This document shows, one piece after another, positions 46,077-54,534 of a stretch of 64,000 bases of DNA (its first letter is position 1; each line of letters begins with the position of its first letter). A model generated the notes under the pieces. It worked only from the letters and a program-made list of their open reading frames with translations. It ran no database searches and was not told the origin of the DNA. The translations under genes and the position numbers were made by a program. Source of the DNA: Spirochaetia bacterium (GTDB lineage Bacteria > Spirochaetota > Spirochaetia > CADAEX01); the NCBI GenBank assembly GCA_963668545.1, contig OY764868.1, positions 848,550-912,549 of the forward strand. The letters are read 5' to 3'.

Positions 46077-47210
46077 ATGAAGAATATACAGGTAGCTGAT
46101 TTAGTTGAAGGTGTGAAATTTACAGAGGATGTGTATCTTGATAAAAGCAATATGCTTGTCCCTGCAAATGTAGCTCTAAAACAGAAGGAAATTGAACGTC
46201 TCTCAAAGTGGGGTATAGATGAGGTTTTTACAGATGGTGATATGCTCCTCCCTGCTCAGAAAGTTGACAGGTCTGAGAGAGGTATATCCAGAGATTCAAA
46301 ACTATTCAGTGAATATGTAGATCTTGTAGATCATTTTTCAATATTTATCAGGGATGCCTCAAAAGGGGTCAAGCCTGACCTTAAAATTATCAAGACAGTT
46401 TCTGATACAATAATTTCAAATTTTTCATCTCCTGACAGCTTCAGCGATGTTCATGAAATAATCAGCTATATAAGTAAAAGTGATAATATAGGTGAAAAAA
46501 GGGCTTCGAGCGGAGTCAACTGCGCTATTCTGTCTGTTCTGCTCGGCCTTGAATATAACATGACAGGGGTTCGTCTTCAGCACCTGGTAATTGCTTCTCT
46601 CCTGCATGATATCGGAATGCTTAAGATGCCCCCAAGTATTGTTGAAAAAAAGGGCAAGCTGGAGCCTGATGAACTGAAAGTGGTAAAGACACATCCGGTT
46701 TTTTCATATCAGCTGATTACCAGGAATTTCGGATTTCCGGAGGCAATAGGGCAGGCTGTTCTTTTCCATCATGAAAGGTGGGATGGTAAAGGATATCCAA
46801 AGAAACTGACCGGGGAAGATATTCCTCTCCTTGCAAGGATAATCGCAGTTACAGACTCTTTTGAAGCCATGAACAGGGTAAAGGCCTACAGGACATCCAT
46901 GATCGGATATGCTGCAATGAAGCAGATACTTAATGAGAATTCCAAAAAGTATGATGCACAGGTTGTCAAGCAGTTTATAAAGGTACTTGGAATATATCCT
47001 CCCGGAAGCATCGTTATAATGAATGACAAATCAATAGGAAAAGTAATCAGGATAAAGAAGAAAGCCCCTCTGCGTCCTGTTCTCCAGCTGATGATAAATG
47101 CCGAAGGAAGAAACTGCTCTTCTGATAATGAGATTGTTGATCTTATGGATAATAAATCGCTCTTTATTGTAAAAGTAATTGACAATAATGAGCTTGAAGG
47201 GAAAATATGA
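46077..47210 (+). CDS. HD-GYP cyclic-dinucleotide phosphodiesterase
   Basis: LHDIG, HHERWDGKGYP, ARIIAVTDSFEAM, IYPPGS. Confidence 0.9.
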   Translation: MKNIQVADLVEGVKFTEDVYLDKSNMLVPANVALKQKEIERLSKWGIDEVFTDGDMLLPAQKVDRSERGISRDSKLFSEYVDLVDHFSIFIRDASKGVKPDLKIIKTVSDTIISNFSSPDSFSDVHEIISYISKSDNIGEKRASSGVNCAILSVLLGLEYNMTGVRLQHLVIASLLHDIGMLKMPPSIVEKKGKLEPDELKVVKTHPVFSYQLITRNFGFPEAIGQAVLFHHERWDGKGYPKKLTGEDIPLLARIIAVTDSFEAMNRVKAYRTSMIGYAAMKQILNENSKKYDAQVVKQFIKVLGIYPPGSIVIMNDKSIGKVIRIKKKAPLRPVLQLMINAEGRNCSSDNEIVDLMDNKSLFIVKVIDNNELEGKI

Positions 47211-47256
47211 AATATCCGGAATTATGTGACTGCTCCGGAATTCGGGAGATTGTTTG

Positions 47257-47406
47257 ATGGTCAGAATTGCTAAAAAGTCAGATCCTGTGAAACTTAAAGA
47301 ATTAAAGGAAAAAATCAATGATGAAGAGTATTTGACTCTGGCAATACAGCGTATAGCAATGCTATTATCAAGTGAATTACTTGGTATGAATGAGGAGAAT
47401 AAATGA
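47257..47406 (+). CDS. Unannotated 49-aa ORF resembling the FlgM C-terminal helices
   Basis: GGGAG RBS; MVRIAKKSDPVKLKELKEKINDEEYLTLAIQRIAMLLSSELLGMNEENK; stop overlaps the next ATG (ATGA). Confidence 0.65.
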   Translation: MVRIAKKSDPVKLKELKEKINDEEYLTLAIQRIAMLLSSELLGMNEENK

Positions 47407-47921
47407 AACCTGCAAAGGAAAACAGCGGCAGAAACAATAACAGTGAAAACGCAGGAGAAATAAATAAAAACACACCCGGCCCTGGACAGGGAAGCAGCGG
47501 AAAAAAAGAGGGTAAAAGAGAATTCAGAAACAGCAGGCGATGGAGAAAGGGGCGGGACCGCTACCGCGATAAGGACCGGTCTGATGATAAAAGCAGGGAA
47601 AACAGCGGAAATGAAGTAAAAATCAGCAAAGCTGTTTACAAGTGTGATATCTGCGGCAAGGATATTAAAGAAATTTCATCTGCTATTGCATCCCCTGAAA
47701 CACAGAACCCTGTGCATTTTGACTGCATTATTCAGAAACTTAAAGATGAAAACACTCTCGAAAATACAGACAGGATAGTATATCTGGGGGCAGGAAGTTT
47801 CGGCATAGTACGGCAGGAAAAGAACAAGCCTGCAAAGGATTTTACAATAATCAAGAAAATAGAATTTGAAAACAGGGATGAAAAACCCGAGTGGAGAAGT
47901 AATCAGCTCAGAATACGGTAA
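47403..47921 (+). CDS. Hypothetical protein: basic disordered N-terminus and CxxC...HxxC putative zinc finger
   Basis: CDICGK...PVHFDC, YLGAGSFGIV; GAGGAG RBS. Confidence 0.75.
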   Translation: MKPAKENSGRNNNSENAGEINKNTPGPGQGSSGKKEGKREFRNSRRWRKGRDRYRDKDRSDDKSRENSGNEVKISKAVYKCDICGKDIKEISSAIASPETQNPVHFDCIIQKLKDENTLENTDRIVYLGAGSFGIVRQEKNKPAKDFTIIKKIEFENRDEKPEWRSNQLRIR

Positions 47922-47940
47922 AACTGGTATTCCATATATA

Positions 47941-47980
47941 AAAAAAGGGTTTCCTGCAGTATCTGCCGGAAACCCTTTCT
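47941..47980. terminator. Bidirectional terminator
   Basis: AAAGGGTTTCC...GGAAACCCTTT between convergent genes. Confidence 0.75.
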
Positions 47981-47998
47981 ATTTTATGAAATGAAAAA

Positions 47999-48703
47999 TT
48001 AATAATTTTTAAGTCTGTCGAGAAGCATGTCTGCCCATTTTTTTACATTCGGGCTGTAGTTTCCCTCTTTTATCTTTATTATTGATCTGAATATGAAGAA
48101 CGGATCAGGTTCTTCTTCAAAACCGCCGTTCTTTTTTGCAATTTTCTCTATTGCAAGAAGTGATGCAATTGCCAGGTTGTCATCAACCCTGACTTTTTTT
48201 GCATCAGCATCAATTACCTGGGCAATAGCTTCCAGGGACTGATTGTTTTCATTCATTCCGATTATACCAAGTGCATATACTGCCTGGGAAAGAACCATTG
48301 TCTCATCATCTTTTTGTGTTATATCGATAAGGGTATCCCTTGATATTTCCCCGCCAAGTTCTCCGAGAAGCTTGCATGCTCTTCTTCTTACTTCAGGATA
48401 GTAATTGGTTTTTCTTCTGTTTTCTGTGACAACAGTTGAGATACCTTCTCCTGACAGGCTGTTGAGAATGGCATGTATCTGGGGATCTCCTTTTTTGATT
48501 TTTCCGTCAGAGAACATCTCTTCAATACTTTCAATAGCTGCAAGTTTCTGGTCCCTTGTATCTGCCTGGGCAAGTTCCCTTATTATGCTTACTTCAACAC
48601 TGGTACTCAGGTATTTCTCTTCTACAGTCTGCTCACCGTCCTGGGCAGACACTGCTGCAGAAAACATGATTGCCAGCACTGTAAAAATTATTATCTTTTT
48701 CAT
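47999..48703 (-). CDS. Exported HEAT-repeat protein
   Basis: Signal peptide MKKIIIFTVLAIMFSAAVSA; PEVRRRACKLLGELG, VLSQAVYALG.IG. Confidence 0.8.
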   Translation of the reverse strand: MKKIIIFTVLAIMFSAAVSAQDGEQTVEEKYLSTSVEVSIIRELAQADTRDQKLAAIESIEEMFSDGKIKKGDPQIHAILNSLSGEGISTVVTENRRKTNYYPEVRRRACKLLGELGGEISRDTLIDITQKDDETMVLSQAVYALGIIGMNENNQSLEAIAQVIDADAKKVRVDDNLAIASLLAIEKIAKKNGGFEEEPDPFFIFRSIIKIKEGNYSPNVKKWADMLLDRLKNY

Positions 48704-48722
48704 CTTGTTTCTCCAAATTATG

Positions 48723-49283
48723 TTATAAGCCAATTTTCCAGCTGTTGTCTATGTATTTAAGGTTATAAAGAACAACCAGTTCACCTTCAATATTCATGTA
48801 AGCCTTTATATTATTATCATCTATAAATGAAATATCATCAAGGCTGACATCGGATCTGCTTGGTACAACTACATAGGTGAAGTAGTCGTTAAGAGATCTG
48901 ATTGTAATATTGTATTTTTTCAAAGTGGGTGTGTTGGAAATTGTCCTGAGATTTTCAGGATTACTGTAGTAATCAATATATTCTTTTGTAAGATATTGCT
49001 TCCACTCCCTGAAATTCTGGTCTCTGATAATCTTATTGAGGTCATCAATAAGCTTTTCAATATCTGTAAAGATTTTTGTATACTGCTCTTCCGAGACCTG
49101 AAACCCCTCGCTTTCTGCCGGTTTTTCTTCTGCCGGAGGGGGGGTTTCTGCTGCAGCCGGCTCTTCAGCCTGTACTGCCGGTTCTGTTGTACCGCAGGCA
49201 GCAAAAAACGTTATAACCATGAAAACAATTATTAAATAGCAAAATAAAATTTTAAGTTTGTCCATATCCCTTGTACCTTTCAT
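48723..49283 (-). CDS. Putative lipoprotein
   Basis: Lipobox FFAAC; P/E/A-rich tether; L.DYF.YVVVPSR motif. Confidence 0.75.
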   Translation of the reverse strand: MKGTRDMDKLKILFCYLIIVFMVITFFAACGTTEPAVQAEEPAAAETPPPAEEKPAESEGFQVSEEQYTKIFTDIEKLIDDLNKIIRDQNFREWKQYLTKEYIDYYSNPENLRTISNTPTLKKYNITIRSLNDYFTYVVVPSRSDVSLDDISFIDDNNIKAYMNIEGELVVLYNLKYIDNSWKIGL

Positions 49284-49365
49284 AATATAACATTATATTA
49301 TTTTACAGCTATTTGTCAAAACAAAATTATTTTTTTATATACAGTATAGTTACAGGATTATTCAG

Positions 49366-49851
49366 ATGGTAAAAGCGATATTTCCAGGTTCCTTTGACCC
49401 CCCCACAAATGGTCATATTAATGTAATTGAACGGGCATCCAAGATTTTTGAAGAACTGATTGTTGTAATTTCAGTGAATCCTCAGAAAAAATATTTTTTT
49501 GATGCAGAAGAAAGATATAATATGCTCAGGGAGATTATTAAAAACTATGATAATGTTCATCTTCATATGTGGGACAAGCTGATTGTGGATTTTGCAGAGA
49601 AGAAAGGAGCCAAGGTAATTGTCAGGGGGATAAGGGCACTCAATGATTTTGCATATGAGCTTGAACTATCGATGATAAACAAGGGACTTAAATCACATAT
49701 AGATACCCTTTTTATACCAACAGATCCGAGATATTCCCTTCTCCGTTCCTCTGCCATCAAGGAACTTGCATCTTTCGGAGGAGATATATCTCAGATGGTG
49801 CCTGCGAATGTGGAAAAAGCTATTAAAGAACGGCTTGCCATGAGTTCTTGA
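49366..49851 (+). CDS. coaD: Phosphopantetheine adenylyltransferase
   Basis: FPGSFDPPTNGH, VRGIR...DF.YE, RSS.IKE.A.FGGD. Confidence 0.97.
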   Translation: MVKAIFPGSFDPPTNGHINVIERASKIFEELIVVISVNPQKKYFFDAEERYNMLREIIKNYDNVHLHMWDKLIVDFAEKKGAKVIVRGIRALNDFAYELELSMINKGLKSHIDTLFIPTDPRYSLLRSSAIKELASFGGDISQMVPANVEKAIKERLAMSS

Positions 49852-49876
49852 CAATTATTATCCTATACGGTATCTT
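49848..49876 (+). promoter_or_regulatory. Sigma70 promoter for rpmF-acpP-rnc
   Basis: TTGACA-17 nt-TATCTT. Confidence 0.6.
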
Positions 49877-50015
49877 TTTCTGAAATTAATGTATTATTAA
49901 ACTGATTTCCCGGATGATTGATAATATTATTCATCCTGTTACAGCAGACAAAAGCATACAGACAGTTGAGCTGCAGTTGCTGTGTTATATATAACAACAT
50001 GAGAGGTTAAAAAAA

Positions 50016-50204
50016 ATGGCAGTACCTATACGAAAAACTTCAAAAGCTAAGACCAGAGGAAGAAAAGCTATCAACATGAAGATGACTGCACCGGGGCTTA
50101 CAGAGTGCAGTACCTGCGGAAACAAGGTCGTTCCACACAGAGTTTGCCCAAAATGCGGATTTTATAAAGGAAAACAGTATTTAGAGCTTGAAGAAATTGC
50201 CTAA
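50016..50204 (+). CDS. rpmF: 50S ribosomal protein L32 (zinc-binding type)
   Basis: MAVP.RKTSK, CSTCG, PHRVCPKCGFYKG. Confidence 0.96.
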   Translation: MAVPIRKTSKAKTRGRKAINMKMTAPGLTECSTCGNKVVPHRVCPKCGFYKGKQYLELEEIA

Positions 50205-50278
50205 ATAGTATATAAGTTTTTTCTTTTTTCAGCAGCTTATTAAAAAAGCTGAAATAGATCCAAAAAAACAGGAGAATA

Positions 50279-50518
50279 ATGATGGACGAACTTTTTGAGA
50301 AAGTAAAAAAAATTATAGCTGAAAAACTTGATGTGGAAGAAGCAAAAATTACAGCTGATGCTTCATTCAGACAGGATCTCGGAGCAGACAGCCTTGATAC
50401 TTATGAACTTGTTTATGCTCTTGAAGAGGAAATGGGAATCCAGATTCCTGATGAAAAAGCAAATGAATTTGAAACTGTAGGCGATGCTGTCGAATTTATC
50501 AGATCAGCTTCTAACTAA
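50279..50518 (+). CDS. acpP: Acyl carrier protein
   Basis: [13 protein letters not shown]....TV.DA. Confidence 0.97.
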   Translation: MMDELFEKVKKIIAEKLDVEEAKITADASFRQDLGADSLDTYELVYALEEEMGIQIPDEKANEFETVGDAVEFIRSASN

Positions 50519-50525
50519 GATTGGT

Positions 50526-51293
50526 GTGTTGAATTTTCAAAAAAGTCTTAAACTTAAATCACCGCAGGTAAGTGGAGAGAGAAAAAAAGAACTTTTATTG
50601 TTTGAAAATCATGCAGGCTTAAGGTTCAGAAAACTTGATTTTCTGAACCTTGCTTTTTGTCACAGGTCATATGCAAATGAAAGCCACGAAGATATTGATA
50701 ACAATGAAAAACTGGAATTCCTCGGGGATTCTGTTCTCGGTCTGATTACCAGCGAATATCTCTTCTATCTCCTCCCTGACGGGGTAGAAGGCGATCTTGC
50801 AAGGATAAAAAGCTTTGTAGTAAGTGAAAACAGCCTGAGTACCATTGCAAAGTCAATAAAGGTTGATAATTTCATCCTTATCGGAAAGGGTGAGGAGTAT
50901 TCAGGTGGAAGAAACAAAAAAGCAATACTTGCAGACTGCATGGAAGCCATAATCGGGGCATATTACCTTGATTCAGGTCTCAAGGCAGTTAGATCATTTA
51001 TACTGAAGCATCTTATTCCTGAAATTATAAAAGTGCTTGAAAACAAGCATGAAAAGGACTACAAAACCCTTCTTCAGGAATTTGTCCAGAAAAGGTATAA
51101 AACATATCCGAAATACAAGCTTATAAAAAAAATAGGCCCTGACCATGACAGAACTTTTCTTGTCGAAGTAAGAATAAAGGACAAGGTTTTCGGTCCGGGG
51201 GAAGGTAAAAACAAGAAGTCTGCAGAGCAGAATGCGGCAAGCATAGCCTACAGAAGCTATGTAAAGGATGCCGAGGCAAACACTCTAAATTAA
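50526..51293 (+). CDS. rnc: Ribonuclease III (start GTG 50526 or TTG 50529 approximate)
   Basis: NEKLEFLGDSVL, LADCMEAIIGA, DYKTLLQE, dsRBD GPDH...KKSAEQ.AA. Confidence 0.96.
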   Translation: MLNFQKSLKLKSPQVSGERKKELLLFENHAGLRFRKLDFLNLAFCHRSYANESHEDIDNNEKLEFLGDSVLGLITSEYLFYLLPDGVEGDLARIKSFVVSENSLSTIAKSIKVDNFILIGKGEEYSGGRNKKAILADCMEAIIGAYYLDSGLKAVRSFILKHLIPEIIKVLENKHEKDYKTLLQEFVQKRYKTYPKYKLIKKIGPDHDRTFLVEVRIKDKVFGPGEGKNKKSAEQNAASIAYRSYVKDAEANTLN

Positions 51294-52636
51294 TCGATAT
51301 CTATTCTTTCGTTGTAGAAATTACGGGCTATTTCTATAAGAATATCTCTTCTGTTCATTTCAGGGTCATCGAGAACTGATTCAAGAAGGAATTCAAGTAC
51401 TCTGCCCATTACAGGACCTTTTGGGATTCCCCCCTTTTCTGCCAGAATGTTTCCGTCCACTTCCAGGTTTCTGATGGTAAATGCATTTTCCTTTTCCAGA
51501 ATGCTGTTGATTCTGCTTATAAAGGACTTGTCGTTAATGCATTCAAATGGTTTCCCCTTCATTCCCGCCCTGTCAGCAAACCTGAGTCTTATAAGGTCCC
51601 TGATATTTTCTTTACCCACCCTGGAAATAAGTCTTCTCAGTGCACTGTCAGTCCATTCCGGAGTGTAGTTGAACATGTGCTCCCTTATAAGGTGTGTCAC
51701 CTGTTTTTCCAGTGCTTTGGGAAATTTAAGCCTTTTGAGTATTTCTGAAGCTGTTTCAGCAGAAATGATCTCATGGTTGTAAAAGGTCGGTACTCCCTCC
51801 CTTAATTCAAGGGAATCAGGTTTTCCCACATCATGGAGAAGGGCAGCAAGCCTTATAACAATGTTGTTTTCAGCAAAGTCAGCAGAATAAACTGAATGCT
51901 CAAAAACATCAAAGCAGTGCATTTCCCTCTGCTGTATCCCTATTCCGCGTTCAAGCTCGGGAACAATGTATTTGAGTATATCTGTATCTTTCATAATGAA
52001 AAAAGCTTTTGAAGGTTTTTCGGAAAGAAGAATTTTGATTAATTCATCACGTATTCTTTCAGCTGAAATATATTCAAGACGAAAACCCTGTTCCCTCATT
52101 CCTGAAAGGGTGTTTTCCTCTATTTCAAAATCAAGCTGTGAAGCAAATCTGCAGCCTCTCAGGACCCTTAGACCGTCTTCTGAAAAGCGCTTTACAGGGT
52201 CTCCTATTGCCCTTATAATCCTTTCTTTCAGGTCTTTTCTCCCATTATGGGGATCAAGCAGTATATCTTTAACAGGGTCATATGCCATTGAATTTATGGT
52301 GAAATCCCTTCTCTCAAGATCTTCGTAGATTGAACTGCTGAATTCTATTCTGTCGGGGTGCCTTGAATTTGAATAAATTCCGTCTATTCTGAATGTTGTG
52401 ACCTCAAACTGCATCCCTTTATAGAGGACTGTTACTGTTCCGTGTTCAATACCTGTCGGGATTACTTTTTTAAACAGGTTAATTATATCATCCGGAAGGG
52501 CATCAGTTGCAAAATCAAAATCAGCTGGTTTAATACCCCGTATAAAGTTTCTTACAGCTCCTCCCACAAGATAGCAGCTGAAACCTGATTTATTGAATAC
52601 TGAACAGAAATCTTTGATTTTTACAGGAACATTCAC
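51290..52636 (-). CDS. cca: CCA-adding tRNA nucleotidyltransferase with HD domain
   Basis: YLVGGAVR, DFDFAT, EVTTFR, RRDFTINS, EDGLRVLR, SAERIRDE, LLHDVGK. Confidence 0.9.
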   Translation of the reverse strand: MNVPVKIKDFCSVFNKSGFSCYLVGGAVRNFIRGIKPADFDFATDALPDDIINLFKKVIPTGIEHGTVTVLYKGMQFEVTTFRIDGIYSNSRHPDRIEFSSSIYEDLERRDFTINSMAYDPVKDILLDPHNGRKDLKERIIRAIGDPVKRFSEDGLRVLRGCRFASQLDFEIEENTLSGMREQGFRLEYISAERIRDELIKILLSEKPSKAFFIMKDTDILKYIVPELERGIGIQQREMHCFDVFEHSVYSADFAENNIVIRLAALLHDVGKPDSLELREGVPTFYNHEIISAETASEILKRLKFPKALEKQVTHLIREHMFNYTPEWTDSALRRLISRVGKENIRDLIRLRFADRAGMKGKPFECINDKSFISRINSILEKENAFTIRNLEVDGNILAEKGGIPKGPVMGRVLEFLLESVLDDPEMNRRDILIEIARNFYNERIDID

Positions 52637-52748
52637 AACAGACAGTAAATAATTAATAGATATGCAATGTCAATAAAAAAGTTGTTTTTAATAAGCCGGA
52701 GACAGGTGAAGGGGAATAATAATCTATAATTTACAAAAGTAACTGATT

Positions 52749-52782
52749 AAAATAAGAAAACCCCGGCGTTTGCCGGGGTTCT
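52749..52782 (-). terminator. flaB terminator
   Basis: AACCCCGGC-AAAC-GCCGGGGTT followed by TTCTTATTTT on the minus strand. Confidence 0.8.
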
Positions 52783-52802
52783 GATATTGTTTATATCTGA
52801 TT

Positions 52803-53675
52803 CTACTGGAAAAGCTGCATTACTGACTGGCTTTTCTGGTTTGCCTGGGCAAGCATTGCTGTTGATGCCTGAACAAGGATCTGGTTCTTTACAAAGTCTA
52901 CCATTTCCTTTGCCATGTCTACATCCCTGATTCTTGATTCAGCAGCCTGGAGGTTTTCAGCACCTACTGCAAGACCTTTGAGTGTATGGTCGAGTCTGTT
53001 CTGGTATGCGCCGAGATCTGCTCTCTGCTTGTTTACCTTTTTAAGTGCGCTGTCAATTACTCCTATTGCCATATTTGCCCTGTCAGGTGTTGAGAGGGAT
53101 ATAAATGTTGCAGTGCTTGGGAGACCTGCTGATCCCTGTATTCCGAGACCCTGAGCTGTCATTGTCCCGATAAAAACCTGCTCTCTCTGGTCCATGTTGG
53201 CGCCTATATGGAGCCACATTGAAGCTGTAACAACATTTTCTCCGGTTTCTCTTGCAAACCTTCCAGTAAGCATGTTGAGTCCGTTAAACTGTGCATGTGA
53301 AGCGATTCTGTTGATTTCATCAACAAGCTGTGATACTTCAACCTGGATCTGCATTCTGTCTTCAGATGTGTAGATACCGTTTGAAGCCTGAACAGCAAGT
53401 TCCCTCATCCTGTGAAGAATGTCCTGAGATTCCTGAAGATACCCTTCTGTTGTCTGGATGAAAGAGATACCGTCCTGGGCATTCTGTTCTGCCCTGTTCA
53501 GTCCCTTGATCTGCGCTCTCATCTTTTCTGAAACAGCAAGCCCTGATGCATCATCTCCGCCTCTGTTGATTCTCATTCCTGATGAAAGTTTTTCCATGTT
53601 TTTGTCTACGCTGAGATTGTTGAATTTCTGTGTCCGCTGAGCGAACATAGCGCTTAAGTTGTGATTAATAATCAT
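52803..53675 (-). CDS. flaB: Flagellar filament core protein FlaB (290 aa)
   Basis: [60 protein letters not shown]; AGGAGG RBS. Confidence 0.98.
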   Translation of the reverse strand: MIINHNLSAMFAQRTQKFNNLSVDKNMEKLSSGMRINRGGDDASGLAVSEKMRAQIKGLNRAEQNAQDGISFIQTTEGYLQESQDILHRMRELAVQASNGIYTSEDRMQIQVEVSQLVDEINRIASHAQFNGLNMLTGRFARETGENVVTASMWLHIGANMDQREQVFIGTMTAQGLGIQGSAGLPSTATFISLSTPDRANMAIGVIDSALKKVNKQRADLGAYQNRLDHTLKGLAVGAENLQAAESRIRDVDMAKEMVDFVKNQILVQASTAMLAQANQKSQSVMQLFQ

Positions 53676-53703
53676 AGAATATATCCTCCTTGATATATGC
53701 AGG

Positions 53704-53721
53704 CCGGACATCCTTGTCCGG
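53704..53721 (-). promoter_or_regulatory. CsrA-binding hairpin in the flaB 5' UTR
   Basis: CCGGACA-AGGA-TGTCCGG with GGA in the loop, matching ACARGGAUGU; a second AGGA overlaps the SD. Confidence 0.8.
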
Positions 53722-53734
53722 TTTCCTACTTTTA

Positions 53735-53761
53735 CTTTCGGGATTCTGAAAAAAACCTTTA
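53735..53761 (-). promoter_or_regulatory. Sigma28 (FliA) promoter of flaB
   Basis: TAAA-15 nt-CCCGAAAG versus consensus TAAA-N15-GCCGATAA. Confidence 0.7.
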
Positions 53762-53899
53762 GAAAAAAATGAAAATATATTAGACTGCTTTTCTGTACAG
53801 TGACTTTTGTCATGGAACATGGTTTGTTGGCTGATGCAGAATTCTTAAAACAGATTGTATTCTTTTAAATTATTGAATGATAAAGAGCGGAATAAATAT

Positions 53900-54523
53900 A
53901 TGAACGGAATTCTTTTGACTGGGGGGGAAGCCCCTTCGGATCATAAATATATAGAAAAATATCTGATAGACGCTGATCTTGTATGCGCGGCAGATTCCGG
54001 AATATATCTGGCTGAAAAATACAGGCTCAGGCCTGATTTCATTGTTGGTGATATGGATTCTGTAAAAAATGCCGAAGATATAAAGAGACATGACTATGCT
54101 GAAATAATCGAATACAGCAGGGACAAGGATTATACAGATACTGAACTGGGTTTTTTTCTTCTTAAGGAAAAAGGGTGTGACAGGGTTGTCATTATAGGGG
54201 GAGGGGGGGGAAGGACTGATCATCTTCTTTCCATATTTTCCCTGTTCTACAGAGAAGTTCATCCCGATGTCTGGGTTATGAAAAGCGAGGAGCTTGTTGC
54301 TGTTGATGATAAAATCAGTTTTTCTGCTGTGAAGGGTGAAGATATCTCCTTTTTCCCTGTAACAGCCGGGGAAAACAGAATGAAAAGCAGAGGACTTGAG
54401 TGGGAACTTGATACTCTTGTATGGAGACCGGGAGATTCAGGAATCAGCAACAGGGCAAAGGGAAGCAGTGTAGATGTTGAGATGATAAAAGGTAGACTTG
54501 TCATGATCAGAAGTCTTAGATAA
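53900..54523 (+). CDS. thiN: Thiamine pyrophosphokinase
   Basis: AADSG, VGDMDS, KDYTDTE, GGR.DH, GL.W.L, GISN. Confidence 0.93.
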   Translation: MNGILLTGGEAPSDHKYIEKYLIDADLVCAADSGIYLAEKYRLRPDFIVGDMDSVKNAEDIKRHDYAEIIEYSRDKDYTDTELGFFLLKEKGCDRVVIIGGGGGRTDHLLSIFSLFYREVHPDVWVMKSEELVAVDDKISFSAVKGEDISFFPVTAGENRMKSRGLEWELDTLVWRPGDSGISNRAKGSSVDVEMIKGRLVMIRSLR

Positions 54524-54534
54524 AGGGCATTTTT

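Noticed and set aside
49877-50015. Structured ribosomal-protein leader before rpmF
   Set aside because: Only short scattered complementarities (GGATGA/TCATCC, ACAGCA/TGCTGT); not enough without comparative data.
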